DNA of 48,879 nucleotides, taken from positions 1 through 48,879 of the IMG/VR virus record IMGVR_UViG_3300037484_000165. One strand, given 5' to 3'. This document shows positions 36,168 through 45,979 of this stretch, in pieces. Every line of letters begins with the position of its first letter. Within the stretch, counting starts at the first letter, position 1. The notes below the pieces were generated by a model that was not told the DNA's origin, ran no database searches, and saw only the letters and a program-made list of their open reading frames with translations. Position numbers and translations under genes: made by a program. The stretch is from a virus. Taxonomy: Duplodnaviria; Caudoviricetes.

Positions 36168-38561
36168 TTATGCCACCACTATGATGATTGACGGGTTGGT
36201 GAAATCCACTCCGGTTTTCTGCCGGTACACGTCGTAAGTGCCGGGATCAAGCATCGGCGTCGGATGCAGAACGCCGTAGCTGTCGGTCTTGCCGGAGGCG
36301 ACCGGATCGAGATCGGCATCGCCGTGCGCGACGATCGTCACATCGACATCCGCTATCGGATCGCCCGTGGCATCTTTGATCGTGATCGGCCACGAAACGG
36401 AACCAGATCCGCTTCCGACGCCGCCCTGGACGGCCGCGAGAATCAACGCCTGAGTCGCCGCCGTGGCGTCTCCGGGCGCCGGGAGCGCGGCGATGGCGGC
36501 AAGGATTGCTGTCTGGTTCACCGCTGTTGCATCCCCGGAAGAGGCGGGCAACGCCGCAATCGCGCTTGAAATTGCATCGGTCGCCGCGATAATCAAACTC
36601 TCGTCTGCCGGATCGCTCGGCAGGTTGTCGGTCTTGGCCTTGATCGCCGTGATGTTGGCAGTCGGGATGTCGGAAGCCTGCGCGGCGGTCTTGGCGGGAT
36701 CGTAGGCCGACGTAAGGGCCATCGCGTCCCCGGCCTTCGCCGGAGCATAATTCGGCTGACTGGCGGCAAGCGTCACGTCGCCCGTGACCGTGATTGACCC
36801 ATTGACGTTGGCTGTCACGTAACCGCTCGCGTCGGTGACGACCTTCTGGGACGGCGTGACAAGGATGGCGGCTGCTGCGGCTGCCGCGATGGCATCCGTG
36901 TCAACGGGTTCCCCGGAATCACTTGTAAGAGTCCGTTCCGGATGACTCCAGACATCCTGCGCCGAGATTCCCGGACTATCGCCACCGCTGATATCCACTG
37001 TGGCGACGAGCACGCGGTCAAGATTCAGCCTGTGCGCAGTGTTGGTGCTCGGACTCACGAATCTGATCGAAATTTCACCGGTGTCCGGGTCGATGTGCTC
37101 GCGGTTGAGCGGATAGCTGTAGTTCGCATCCGAATTGCGCGATCCCATGCGCGTGGTGCTGTTGGTCAACTGGTCCCAGACGCCAAGAATGTAGTCGTAG
37201 GCCGACACGTTGCAGTATTGGCCCGAACCGCTCCAGTAGCCGTTGATCGAAAGCGACACGGGCGCTCTGGCGCCGACTATGTTGAAAATCAGCGTCATGT
37301 CCAGGCCGCCCGGATTCACCGGGGCGAGCACGTAACGAACGTCGTCGTCGGTCTGCGTGTTGGCGTAACTGCCGCTGATGGCCGTCCCGGTTGTGAGGGT
37401 TACGCTATCGGCGGAATCGGTCGTCGGCACGATCGTTCCCAGATTGGATGTGATGGCCGCTATATCCGCGGATACGCTTGCTCCCGCCGGAGCGCCGAGC
37501 CGCGTCATGATGGCGTCGGTGGCCGCAATGATTAGGGATTCGTCGGCTGGATCGGTTGGCAGGTTCGTTGTTTTCGCGGTGATCGCCGCGAGTTGCGTGG
37601 AATTGCTGTCAATCTCGGTCCTGATCTGTTCGACTGTAGGGGCTGATCCTCCAGTTGGAGCCTGTTCCAGGGCGTTTGCGGTGAAGCGATAAACCGCCAC
37701 ATCAAGCTCCATTGCCGTGTCGAGTTTGTCGAGAACCGCCTTGATCGCGTCGATCAGGAGATCCAACCTGCCGCCGTTGACAAGATCCCCCTGCATCTCG
37801 TTGGTGTCTGCCAGGATGTCACCAATCTCCGTATCCAGGTATCCCGCGATTGTGGTGAGGAGCGTCTGCAGCGCCGAGTTGCCGTAAGTTCCGTTGTTCA
37901 GGATCGCGTAGCCGTCGCCGCTCTGTGCCGTGTGATTTCCGGCCAGGAGCGTGCCGACGATCCGAGCCAGGAGTGTGTCGATGTCGTCTTGGATGGATAT
38001 CAAGCCGTGATCGCCGTTCACGATGGCAAAGGAATCCCCTGTCTGCGCCGTCGAAGCTGCCGCCGTACCCACACTCGCAAGCACTGTCAATGGAGCCGCG
38101 CAAGTCACGGCCTGCGTCTTGATTGTCTCAAGGTCGGCCTTCTGTATGGCTGTCTGAAGATCGAAGGCCGTCAGTTGGATTTCCTTCGCGTTCGGACCGA
38201 TCTTCAGTGCTGTGGTGGTATCCTCCGCAACCAGCACAATCACTTTCTCACTTGCGTCTGCCGCGCCGAAGACCGTCGCGGAATCGTGGAAATGAATCTC
38301 ATAGACTCCCGGAATCGGAGTCTCTTTGAAGCGGCACTTGCTGGAGGAGGATGGGGCTTGAAAAGTCCCGATGGTGGTAATCGTTTCGATGTTCGCGCCG
38401 GTGTAGCTCGTCAGCGCAGAATCCTTCTCCCGGATAAATGATACTCGGAGATTCGTGCTCTCGAAGGTAAGCCCCGTTACTCCCGCTCCGGTTGTGACGG
38501 AGTTATCGGGAATGAAGATCCGCACCATCTGCGAGGTCGCGCCGCGTTTTCGTAAGTCCAT
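36168..38561 (-). CDS. Tail fibre-like structural protein
   Basis: 797 aa, Ala/Thr/Asp-rich; duplicated AKTxNLPxDPADESLIIAATDAI; C-terminal Ig-like domain. Confidence 0.65.
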   Translation of the reverse strand: MDLRKRGATSQMVRIFIPDNSVTTGAGVTGLTFESTNLRVSFIREKDSALTSYTGANIETITTIGTFQAPSSSSKCRFKETPIPGVYEIHFHDSATVFGAADASEKVIVLVAEDTTTALKIGPNAKEIQLTAFDLQTAIQKADLETIKTQAVTCAAPLTVLASVGTAAASTAQTGDSFAIVNGDHGLISIQDDIDTLLARIVGTLLAGNHTAQSGDGYAILNNGTYGNSALQTLLTTIAGYLDTEIGDILADTNEMQGDLVNGGRLDLLIDAIKAVLDKLDTAMELDVAVYRFTANALEQAPTGGSAPTVEQIRTEIDSNSTQLAAITAKTTNLPTDPADESLIIAATDAIMTRLGAPAGASVSADIAAITSNLGTIVPTTDSADSVTLTTGTAISGSYANTQTDDDVRYVLAPVNPGGLDMTLIFNIVGARAPVSLSINGYWSGSGQYCNVSAYDYILGVWDQLTNSTTRMGSRNSDANYSYPLNREHIDPDTGEISIRFVSPSTNTAHRLNLDRVLVATVDISGGDSPGISAQDVWSHPERTLTSDSGEPVDTDAIAAAAAAAILVTPSQKVVTDASGYVTANVNGSITVTGDVTLAASQPNYAPAKAGDAMALTSAYDPAKTAAQASDIPTANITAIKAKTDNLPSDPADESLIIAATDAISSAIAALPASSGDATAVNQTAILAAIAALPAPGDATAATQALILAAVQGGVGSGSGSVSWPITIKDATGDPIADVDVTIVAHGDADLDPVASGKTDSYGVLHPTPMLDPGTYDVYRQKTGVDFTNPSIIIVVA

Positions 38562-39413
38562 CTAGAAACCTCCTCGCATGGAACGGAAGCCGCCGTGAAG
38601 GTCGGGGTTGAGAAGAATGCCACCCGCTCCAGGCGCCACCGACAAAAACCACGTCCTGCGCGGCTCGATAATAAGGCGAGGGTCGCTGTCTTCCCCAAAA
38701 AGCGATGCGCCGAGCTTCGCAACCTCAATAGCGCTCAAACACCTATTCCAGAACTGCAACGAGGTCAACCGCCCGGTAAAGAACCTGTTCCAGTACGTAT
38801 TGCCCAGGATCTCCAAAGTAGTCCCTCCGGTATTGTTGCCCGTTCTAGTTGCTGCTATCTTGAATATGCCATTCTGATAGAGAGAGCAGGTTCCGCTTCC
38901 GGAACTAACTCCTGCAACCCCATTGTGCGTGACGGTGAGAACTGCTGATACGTTATTTACCAGCGATCCTGCGCCTGCTGCCAGATCAGTTTGCGCGTTC
39001 AACTGCCAATGCCAGTCGCCATCTCCAAAAGTCAGAAGGCCAAAATTCCCGCTTAGTGGATAGTCGGACGAAATAATGTTCCCATAGTTGTGCAGGCTCG
39101 TTGGAGTAACGTGAAACATGGCTGTATAGGGAGGCGGCAACCCATAAGCCATACGCAAGAATCCATTGTAGATTGTCGAGCCATTTCCAATTACCTCTGT
39201 GCCAAGTCGTCCAACGCCCCAACCCACCGTACCTTCAGATAAGACAGCATCAACGCCCGGACTAACGATGTCATGGAGATACTTCCCCGCGCCTTCGTTG
39301 CACAAATACCACATTGTCAGTTTGGCATTGGTCTGATTGCCCAGATTCAGCCGCGCATGGTGTTCGTAGCGTGGCTTTCCGAAATGCGGACTCCAGAGAA
39401 CTGAGCGTCTCAT
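38562..39413 (-). CDS. LamG/concanavalin-like lectin domain virion protein
   Basis: LYQNG..LEILG..FFTGRLTSLQFWNRCLSAIEV. Confidence 0.75.
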   Translation of the reverse strand: MRRSVLWSPHFGKPRYEHHARLNLGNQTNAKLTMWYLCNEGAGKYLHDIVSPGVDAVLSEGTVGWGVGRLGTEVIGNGSTIYNGFLRMAYGLPPPYTAMFHVTPTSLHNYGNIISSDYPLSGNFGLLTFGDGDWHWQLNAQTDLAAGAGSLVNNVSAVLTVTHNGVAGVSSGSGTCSLYQNGIFKIAATRTGNNTGGTTLEILGNTYWNRFFTGRLTSLQFWNRCLSAIEVAKLGASLFGEDSDPRLIIEPRRTWFLSVAPGAGGILLNPDLHGGFRSMRGGF

Positions 39414-39414
39414 A

Positions 39415-39879
39415 CTATGCCGTCACAATCACTGGATTATAGGACCGGTAATAGACTTGCGTCAGACTGTCGGTGTTAGTCGTGGTTTGACCGGTACCGT
39501 TCTGAAATAGAACTTTGAACAGCCCCTGAGGCCACAGTACACCCGCAACGGTAACGACCTGTGAGTCATCAGTGGTCGAACGCACAGGAATAATTACATC
39601 AGGAGGCCGGGCTGGAAATACTGCGTCAGCCCCGCTCTCGTAGTTTGATCCGTCAAGCGCACGGATAAACCAAAGTGCGACATGGCTGCCGGCGGAGGCT
39701 GCAGTTGCTAGGTCGATCAGGAGTTCAAGGTCGGCAAGTTGATCGCCTCCAGTATTATCAATGGCAGAGGCGGATGACAGCTTGCCCGCTGCGTTGGCAA
39801 TATTCTTTAGGTCCGCGGCCGCAAACAGTGCGGTCTTGGTCTGAGTGTACGCGCTCCAGTTTGCCGGATTGTCTGTCAT
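39415..39879 (-). CDS. Virion structural protein
   Basis: IDNTGGDQLADLEL..ALDGSNYE; beta-rich; in the structural block. Confidence 0.7.
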   Translation of the reverse strand: MTDNPANWSAYTQTKTALFAAADLKNIANAAGKLSSASAIDNTGGDQLADLELLIDLATAASAGSHVALWFIRALDGSNYESGADAVFPARPPDVIIPVRSTTDDSQVVTVAGVLWPQGLFKVLFQNGTGQTTTNTDSLTQVYYRSYNPVIVTA

Positions 39880-39888
39880 TTCGCGCTC

Positions 39889-40377
39889 CTATTTAGGCGT
39901 GACCGTGATCGAGTATGCAATCCCCGTGACGATTGTCCCGGCCACCACCAGATGGTGATTGACCCTATCGCCCCAGGGGCCATGACGCACCAGACCAGCC
40001 CCAAGGGTTTTTGCCCCGTGTCCGGCTCCAGCCGCCGTAGTGGTCAGGACTCCCGAAGTAACGGCTTCAACTCCTGGATCAGCGGTCGAAGCGTTCGTCG
40101 GACGCGATGTCCCGGATACGATAGCCGTGAAGCGTTTGGCTCCGGTAGTTAGAACCTGCGGGAAGTGGACAATATCCCACTCAGCTACGCCATCGCCGCC
40201 CGTGACATAAACGTCGTATGTTTCATTGGCGCTGTCACGCTCCGCCGCTGTGATGTCCAGTGTGACGATGAGATCCCGGTACGCCCCGAGCCCCTGCACT
40301 GTGCTTCCGGAGAAATTGGCCGCCTTGGTCCCGGAGAAAAGCGTGATGGGCTTTCCGCCCTCGGTCCTGTTTGCCAT
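39889..40377 (-). CDS. Virion structural protein
   Basis: MANRTEGGK with RBS GGAGG; beta-rich. Confidence 0.7.
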   Translation of the reverse strand: MANRTEGGKPITLFSGTKAANFSGSTVQGLGAYRDLIVTLDITAAERDSANETYDVYVTGGDGVAEWDIVHFPQVLTTGAKRFTAIVSGTSRPTNASTADPGVEAVTSGVLTTTAAGAGHGAKTLGAGLVRHGPWGDRVNHHLVVAGTIVTGIAYSITVTPK

Positions 40378-40388
40378 GGGGTCCTCCC

Positions 40389-40604
40389 CTATTTTTCGCC
40401 TTTGAGCTTCGCGTTCTCTTCCTGGAGCTTGATGATTTCCTGTCTCAATGCGGCCTGCTTGCTGACCGGCGGCTCGGGCTTCGTTTCCGGTTTTCCGGGC
40501 CATGTGAAGTGTTTCGCGCACGGCCATTCGGGTTTGATTTCGTATTCCTTGCCGCGGATGTACAGCCTGCCCTCAAAGCAGTCCTTGACGCATAGTGCTT
40601 TCAT
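40389..40604 (-). CDS. Small protein following the cement gene
   Basis: MKALCVKDCFEGRLY..GKEY; RBS present. Confidence 0.7.
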   Translation of the reverse strand: MKALCVKDCFEGRLYIRGKEYEIKPEWPCAKHFTWPGKPETKPEPPVSKQAALRQEIIKLQEENAKLKGEK

Positions 40605-40658
40605 GCAATCCCCCTATTGTGGAGCGGGACGACCGAAGCCGCCCCGCTCCACAGATGG

Positions 40659-41072
40659 TTACCCGGTTCCGTCCTCGTCCGGACCCAGCCACATGCAGAC
40701 CTGGCCGGCCGTCGGCACTCCCGTCAGGTCGAAATACGCCCTGACGAACTGGAGGTTTGTCGGCGGCATCGGAATGAAGTAGTGCTTGCCCTTCACCAAT
40801 TCCGCCAGCAGGAAATACCGCCCGATGAGGAGCGTCGTCGGAGCGGTGGCCGCCCCGTGGACGATCCAGACCTGGGCGGAAGTCAGGTTGGCGTTGAAAG
40901 ATTCGTTGATGACGAAGTGAAGCCCGCATTTCCCTCCGGCGCCGACGTTTGGATTCGTCACGCCGAAATCGACTTCATCCTCGCTGTATTCGTCCGCAGC
41001 GTGCCCGATGTCCACCCCTACGGTCGGGGTGGCCTTGCCATGCAGCCACAGTTTGTAATCAGACATCCCCAT
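40659..41072 (-). CDS. Capsid cement/decoration protein (Bbp16-like)
   Basis: Directly after the MCP; SEDEVDFG..AELVKGK..QFVRAYF..TAGQV. Confidence 0.75.
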   Translation of the reverse strand: MGMSDYKLWLHGKATPTVGVDIGHAADEYSEDEVDFGVTNPNVGAGGKCGLHFVINESFNANLTSAQVWIVHGAATAPTTLLIGRYFLLAELVKGKHYFIPMPPTNLQFVRAYFDLTGVPTAGQVCMWLGPDEDGTG

Positions 41073-41087
41073 GTTCTTGCTCCTTTC

Positions 41088-42104
41088 CTATGAGATGGCC
41101 GTTTCGGTGTCGAGGATCTTCTCCGCGACCAGAACGGGAATGCCCTGGAAACGGGTGACGGGACGGCCCCACACGTCGCCCGCCGCATCCTGGGTGAAAT
41201 AGGTGTTCATCCTCTGGCTGACCGCGCGCTTGTCCATCTGAGTCTTGATGGTGCGATCCACCAGGATGGCCGTGCCGGGCGCTTCGCCCATCGACGGCAG
41301 TTGATTTTTGACTGCGATCAGGTCTTCCTCGTCGAAGATGTTCGAGGAGCCGGCGCTCTCGACGTTGGCGATCCGCTGCACACAGCGCTCGTCGTCGATC
41401 TCGATTCCAATGAACCAGGTCAGGTGGGTGCGCAGGACTTCGAAAAGGCCCGAGGTCGATTCCTTGGTCGATTTCCCAAGGTTTTCGATCTGGAGTCCAG
41501 CGGGCAGGTTCTTCGGGAAAATGCCGAAGACCTTCTCAGGGCCGAATTCGACGATCCAGATGGAGGTGGTGTCCGATCCGGATCCGCCGGCCAGTTTGAC
41601 GTTGTACGGCCAGCTCGAATCGTCGTTCGGGCGATGGGTGCTGACGGCGAAACGGGTGGCGAGCCCGTTGATGGAGCCCGGATTGTCGCCGAGATTGCCG
41701 TAGAAAAGCTCATATTCGAGCTTCTGGGTCAGTCCCTCGATCTTGCGGCGGTCCTGATTGAATCGCCACTGGTCGGGCGAATTCTGGATCTTATAAAGAG
41801 CCTCGTCCACTTCCGAGTAATCCTCGAACATGGCGATCGTCTCGGAAAACGGCGTGGAATGGCTGGCGGTCGGGCTGATCGGCTCATTGAAACGCCGGAC
41901 GCCCGGGCTGGGAAGGTAACTGTCCCGGCTGCCGATGTTGCTCATGATCTGGTTGGAAGCGACCAGGGGCAACAGGGCGAGCAGGGGACATTTCCGATTC
42001 AGGACTTCGGCGGCCTTGAGGTACACGCCGTTTGCGTCCAGGGACGTGTATTCGTTCACCACGTCCATGATGGTGCTGTATCCAAGAACAGCAGTTGAAC
42101 CCAT
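41088..42104 (-). CDS. Major capsid protein (BPP-1-like)
   Basis: 338 aa; YSEVDE, LFYGN, INGLATRF, VQRIANV, FQGIPVLVAEKILDTE. Confidence 0.92.
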   Translation of the reverse strand: MGSTAVLGYSTIMDVVNEYTSLDANGVYLKAAEVLNRKCPLLALLPLVASNQIMSNIGSRDSYLPSPGVRRFNEPISPTASHSTPFSETIAMFEDYSEVDEALYKIQNSPDQWRFNQDRRKIEGLTQKLEYELFYGNLGDNPGSINGLATRFAVSTHRPNDDSSWPYNVKLAGGSGSDTTSIWIVEFGPEKVFGIFPKNLPAGLQIENLGKSTKESTSGLFEVLRTHLTWFIGIEIDDERCVQRIANVESAGSSNIFDEEDLIAVKNQLPSMGEAPGTAILVDRTIKTQMDKRAVSQRMNTYFTQDAAGDVWGRPVTRFQGIPVLVAEKILDTETAIS

Positions 42105-42152
42105 GTTTCATTTCTCCTATTCGTCAATTCCGCCGTCCCCGGAAGCGCAAAC

Positions 42153-42875
42153 CTACGGCTTCTTTACCGCCGTGGCCGCATAAAATGCGGTCGCATCGGG
42201 CGTTCCGCGTTTCTCGTGGGAAGGCGAACCGGCGGGACTCGTGTCCTCGCCTGTGGCTTTTGCGATTGCGAGCATGAAGCGGATCATCCGGGGGTCGTTT
42301 CCGATCTTCGTCTCGTTCACGAACGAATCGAATTCGGCGCTGGTGTGTTTCTTCCAGACCCTCCGGACCAACTCGATCGAACCGTCGTACTTGTCGCCCA
42401 GTTCCGACTTGAGTTGTGTTTCCGCTTTGGTGCGCTCCTCTGTCCTCTGCGCAACGTCGGCGTCGACCATCTGCTTGACGAAACCGTTCCATGAGGCTGA
42501 GATCGCTTTGCCCTGGTCCTTGCTCAGACCGGCGGCAAAGAACGCATCCCGCGCCCATTTCGCTGTCTTTTCGTCTAGAGTGCCGCCGTCGAACTCGTAC
42601 CCATCGGCCTTTTCCGGCCGTCCGAGGGATTGGTAGTAAACCGCCTTTTCCTCGTCGGTCGAATCCGCCGCAAGTTTGGGAATCGAGTTTTCGACTTTGC
42701 TTTTCAGCGCATCTCTGTCCGCCTTGATTTCAATTGCTGTCTTGACGAAATCTCCCGGCTTTTGAAAGGTCTTGACGAACTCGTGTTCCTTGAACTCATC
42801 TGGGAGCGCCGACCTCCAGCCCAGATTCGAGTTTTGATCTTGATTCCCCGGAGGGGTCACTTGATCATCAGCCAT
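42153..42875 (-). CDS. Scaffolding protein
   Basis: WRSALPDE..LGRPEKADGY..GNDPRMIRFM; directly upstream of the MCP. Confidence 0.82.
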   Translation of the reverse strand: MADDQVTPPGNQDQNSNLGWRSALPDEFKEHEFVKTFQKPGDFVKTAIEIKADRDALKSKVENSIPKLAADSTDEEKAVYYQSLGRPEKADGYEFDGGTLDEKTAKWARDAFFAAGLSKDQGKAISASWNGFVKQMVDADVAQRTEERTKAETQLKSELGDKYDGSIELVRRVWKKHTSAEFDSFVNETKIGNDPRMIRFMLAIAKATGEDTSPAGSPSHEKRGTPDATAFYAATAVKKP

Positions 42876-42896
42876 CTAATTTCTCCTGAAAGTGTT

Positions 42897-43006
42897 GGGG
42901 CAAAAGAAAAGGGGCAGGCATTGCGAGTATTGCGGCCCCGCAATGGCCTGCCCCGTTCCCGACTCTTTGAGCCGCCCCGGATGATCAGTCCGGAGGCTTT
43001 GCCCTC
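42897..43006 (-). other. Structured RNA element / terminator upstream of the scaffold gene
   Basis: Outer GGGCAAA/TTTGCCC helix enclosing a CCGGA-CTGATCA-TCCGG hairpin and a long GGGGCAGGC...GCCTGCCCC hairpin followed by TTTTCTTTT on the minus strand. Confidence 0.55.
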
Positions 43007-43014
43007 AAATCGTT

Positions 43015-43188
43015 TTACTTCTTAGACTCTTCCTTCTGTTTGGTCTTCACTTCTCCCGCATAGCTTTTTCCGCTCAGAAAGCAAATGCGGATGTACTCAT
43101 TCGCTTTCAATCCGCGTTCCTTGTTCGGGCCGGAAATCGTCCTGACGCGCCCTCCGTCGGAAACGCACTTTTCAAAACCGGCCGGCAT
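43015..43188 (-). CDS. Small basic conserved phage protein
   Basis: MPAGFEKCVSDGGRVRT..YIRICFLSGKSYAGEVK; RBS AGGAGG. Confidence 0.75.
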   Translation of the reverse strand: MPAGFEKCVSDGGRVRTISGPNKERGLKANEYIRICFLSGKSYAGEVKTKQKEESKK

Positions 43189-43196
43189 ACGGCCTC

Positions 43197-43595
43197 CTAC
43201 GACTCTCCGTTCACCTTGAAAAACGGCTCCAACTGCGCTAGATCCGAAGCCGAAAGCAGGTTGCCCTGCTCCTTGCCCGCGAGATCCATCAGGCCGTCGA
43301 GCGTCATGTCGAACGGCGCAAGATCGCATTCGGTCGCCAGCATTTTCCCGAACTCTGTCGAGAATGTGGCGTGTTCCGGAGTGCCCGGATTCAGACTGAC
43401 ATCCCCTTCCGGCTTGCCCGCTGCCTCGCGTATGAGTTTCACGCGCTGAGTCTCGATGATGCCCGCCTCCGCCTCTACCTTTCTGAGATACTTCAGGAGC
43501 CCGTATGCGGTATGGCTCGGCAGTTTCAGGGCGGCAAGCCGTTGCCAGGCCGCTCCGGCGCTCTGAATGTTTACAAGTCTCAATGGTTCGCTCAT
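43197..43595 (-). CDS. Helical protein (DUF1617-like; possible fibre chaperone)
   Basis: LAALKLPSHTAYGLLKYLRKVEAE..QRVKLI..LSASDLAQLEPF. Confidence 0.6.
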   Translation of the reverse strand: MSEPLRLVNIQSAGAAWQRLAALKLPSHTAYGLLKYLRKVEAEAGIIETQRVKLIREAAGKPEGDVSLNPGTPEHATFSTEFGKMLATECDLAPFDMTLDGLMDLAGKEQGNLLSASDLAQLEPFFKVNGES

Positions 43596-43619
43596 TGTGC
43601 GTATCCCTTCGCCTCCCGT

Positions 43620-45959
43620 TTAGAAGTTTTCGTTGTCGTACACCGGAATATATCCGGCGGTCGTGCCGATCATGACCTTGAGCGCGTGGCTGGTGTTTCC
43701 GCTCGGAGCTGCGGCTACCGCCTTGATGCCGTGCGCGTAAGTATCGCTCGCGGCCTTGAACCGGATCGCCACAAGCGCGTCCTCGATGTGAAGCGCTTCG
43801 GCCCAGGTCACGCCGCTCCCGGCCTTCCGGCAGGCGAACGCGGCATGGACGCCACCGCTCGTGATCGAGACCGTGGTGGCGATATTGACCGACAGGAATC
43901 CCGCCAGCACACCGGTTGCCCCGACCGTAATCGTAGCCCCGCCTATGCGGGCGATCACGCCGGCGCAACCGACCGCATCCCCGGCGCTGACCGTGGCGGC
44001 CGTGTTGACCTCGAACGTCCCCATGAGGCCCGAATGCAGATGGGCGTAGGTGACGTTCTTGGCCACAACCTGGCCGATCAGTCCGTAGGCTTCGTGGGCG
44101 CAGGTGATCCCGTTGATGACATGCCGGTATCTCCCGGCCTTGGCGCTGTAGGCGCTCGTGAGATCGGCGTTGCTTTCCGCGAAAACAGCCACAACGTCGA
44201 GTTGTCCATCGGCGTAATAGTCGTGGGCCGTGCTGAACCTGATGGCGCTTCCCAGAGCCGCCGACCCGACCCAGTTCCCGACCCGGATGGCCGTAGTGAC
44301 GGTCCCGAACGGCATGTAAATGCCCATCGTCCACGGATACGACGTGCTGTAGCAGCTCGTCGCCAGCGCAACCGAACTGCCGGCGGCCAACGCCGCTCCC
44401 GCGTTATTGAACGCCAGGAATCCGGCCAGTGGAGTGGTTGCCGTGATTGCCGCGTGCCCGCCGACGCGCGCGGTGACGGCTGCGTGCCCGACCACGTAAG
44501 CGGAATTTAGCGTCACTCCGCTCGTGTGGCCCTCGAAAGTGCCTATGAGCCCGGCATGGAGATGCGTCATGCTCGATGACTTCGCGACGATCTGGCCCAT
44601 CACGCCGTAGGTCTCGTGAGTGACGTTCGTGCTGTTGACGAGGTGGCGGAATCGCCCGCACTTGGCGCTGTAGCCCGCGCCCAGGTCCGATGAGCTCTCG
44701 CCGAAAATTCCAACCGTGTCAAGTTGGCCGTCGGCATAGAAATCCTGACCAGTGGCGAACGGAATCGCGCTACCCGTGGCCCCGGCGCTTGCGAATTTGC
44801 CCACCCTGATTCCGGTCACGACCGTACCGGCGGGCATGCAGAGGCCGATGTCCCATTTCTGCTTGGTCGAGTAAATTCCCGCGTAGAATGCGGCCAGGAT
44901 GCCGCCGGAAGTGACGGAAACATAGCCGCTGGTGATGTTCGACATGGCGGCCACACCCGCAAGGATGCCCGTCGCCGAAACGGTGGTCGCCGTGACGCTG
45001 ACACCGACGCGGCCCAGGACCGCGGCCGTACAATTGTCGCCGCCCGTGCCGTCGATGGTGACGGCTGTAGTCTGCGCCTCGAACGTGCCGAGCACTCCGG
45101 CATTGTCGTGCGTCAGGGTGGCGGCCTTGGTCACAAGCTGGCCCGCGACGCCGAATACTTCAGCATTGGAAATGATCGCGCCCGTCACCAGCATCCGGCC
45201 GAGAATGGACCGGACCATGGCCGCATTCGTAAGATCAGCCGTGACTTCGGCGTAAATCCGCAGGGCCGCGCTATTTGCCAGCGAGACCGCAAAGCCGCCG
45301 CCGGCGGCCGCGGACGCTACGAACTTCCCGACCTGGATCGGGCAGACCGTAACGGAATCCTCGTCGACGTAGAGGCCATAGCCCCAGTTGGCGCGAGTCG
45401 TGGCGTCGCTCCAGTTGGTCGTGTCGTACTTGCCGACGTAGAAGCCGCAGACTTTGCCCGTCTGCGTAATCGTGCCTTTGATGTCGGCGATTGCCGCGAC
45501 GCCGGCCACAATATGATTCGTGTTGACGAGCGCAGTTCCGGCCGTGGCAAAGATGCCGCAGACGCCCGCACTGACGCCGTACCCCGCGAGGGTGACGGTC
45601 CCGGCCCCGGACTGCACTACTTCGAGCCGGCCGTTCACGCCTCCCAACTGCTCCTCGGAAAACAGGGCGTTGTAGAGCTTCGCCTGTCCCATCAGGCCCC
45701 AGATGCGGGCATGAATCGCCGCCTGAGAAGCCGTGACGAGGTAGCGGCTGAGAAATCCCCTGATGTCGGGAACCGAACCGACCGGGGTCTGGGCGTCGCC
45801 GCCGTCGTCGGCAAAGACCGAAAGGATTCTCGTGCGCTCCACGGCCGAGGTTTCGATGCCGTAACCGGCGGTCGTCGAGTTGAACTGCCCGAACATCACC
45901 TGACCGGTCTTGCCGGAATAAACGATGTCCGATAACTTGCGTCTCCATTCAAGACCCAT
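43620..45959 (-). CDS. Large beta-repeat fibre/spike-like protein
   Basis: 779 aa, Gly/Ala/Thr-rich, four ~180-aa internal repeats; ends GYIPVY. Confidence 0.75.
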   Translation of the reverse strand: MGLEWRRKLSDIVYSGKTGQVMFGQFNSTTAGYGIETSAVERTRILSVFADDGGDAQTPVGSVPDIRGFLSRYLVTASQAAIHARIWGLMGQAKLYNALFSEEQLGGVNGRLEVVQSGAGTVTLAGYGVSAGVCGIFATAGTALVNTNHIVAGVAAIADIKGTITQTGKVCGFYVGKYDTTNWSDATTRANWGYGLYVDEDSVTVCPIQVGKFVASAAAGGGFAVSLANSAALRIYAEVTADLTNAAMVRSILGRMLVTGAIISNAEVFGVAGQLVTKAATLTHDNAGVLGTFEAQTTAVTIDGTGGDNCTAAVLGRVGVSVTATTVSATGILAGVAAMSNITSGYVSVTSGGILAAFYAGIYSTKQKWDIGLCMPAGTVVTGIRVGKFASAGATGSAIPFATGQDFYADGQLDTVGIFGESSSDLGAGYSAKCGRFRHLVNSTNVTHETYGVMGQIVAKSSSMTHLHAGLIGTFEGHTSGVTLNSAYVVGHAAVTARVGGHAAITATTPLAGFLAFNNAGAALAAGSSVALATSCYSTSYPWTMGIYMPFGTVTTAIRVGNWVGSAALGSAIRFSTAHDYYADGQLDVVAVFAESNADLTSAYSAKAGRYRHVINGITCAHEAYGLIGQVVAKNVTYAHLHSGLMGTFEVNTAATVSAGDAVGCAGVIARIGGATITVGATGVLAGFLSVNIATTVSITSGGVHAAFACRKAGSGVTWAEALHIEDALVAIRFKAASDTYAHGIKAVAAAPSGNTSHALKVMIGTTAGYIPVYDNENF

Positions 45960-45979
45960 ATATGCGCCCTCCTTGAGCG

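Noticed and set aside
36168-39879. Diversity-generating retroelement, expected by analogy with BPP-1
   Set aside because: No reverse transcriptase, and no template/variable repeat pair differing at adenines was seen.
43189-44334. 439-aa ORF 43015-44334
   Set aside because: Alternative frame overlapping two better genes; only the last 57 aa (from ATG 43188, strong RBS) look real.
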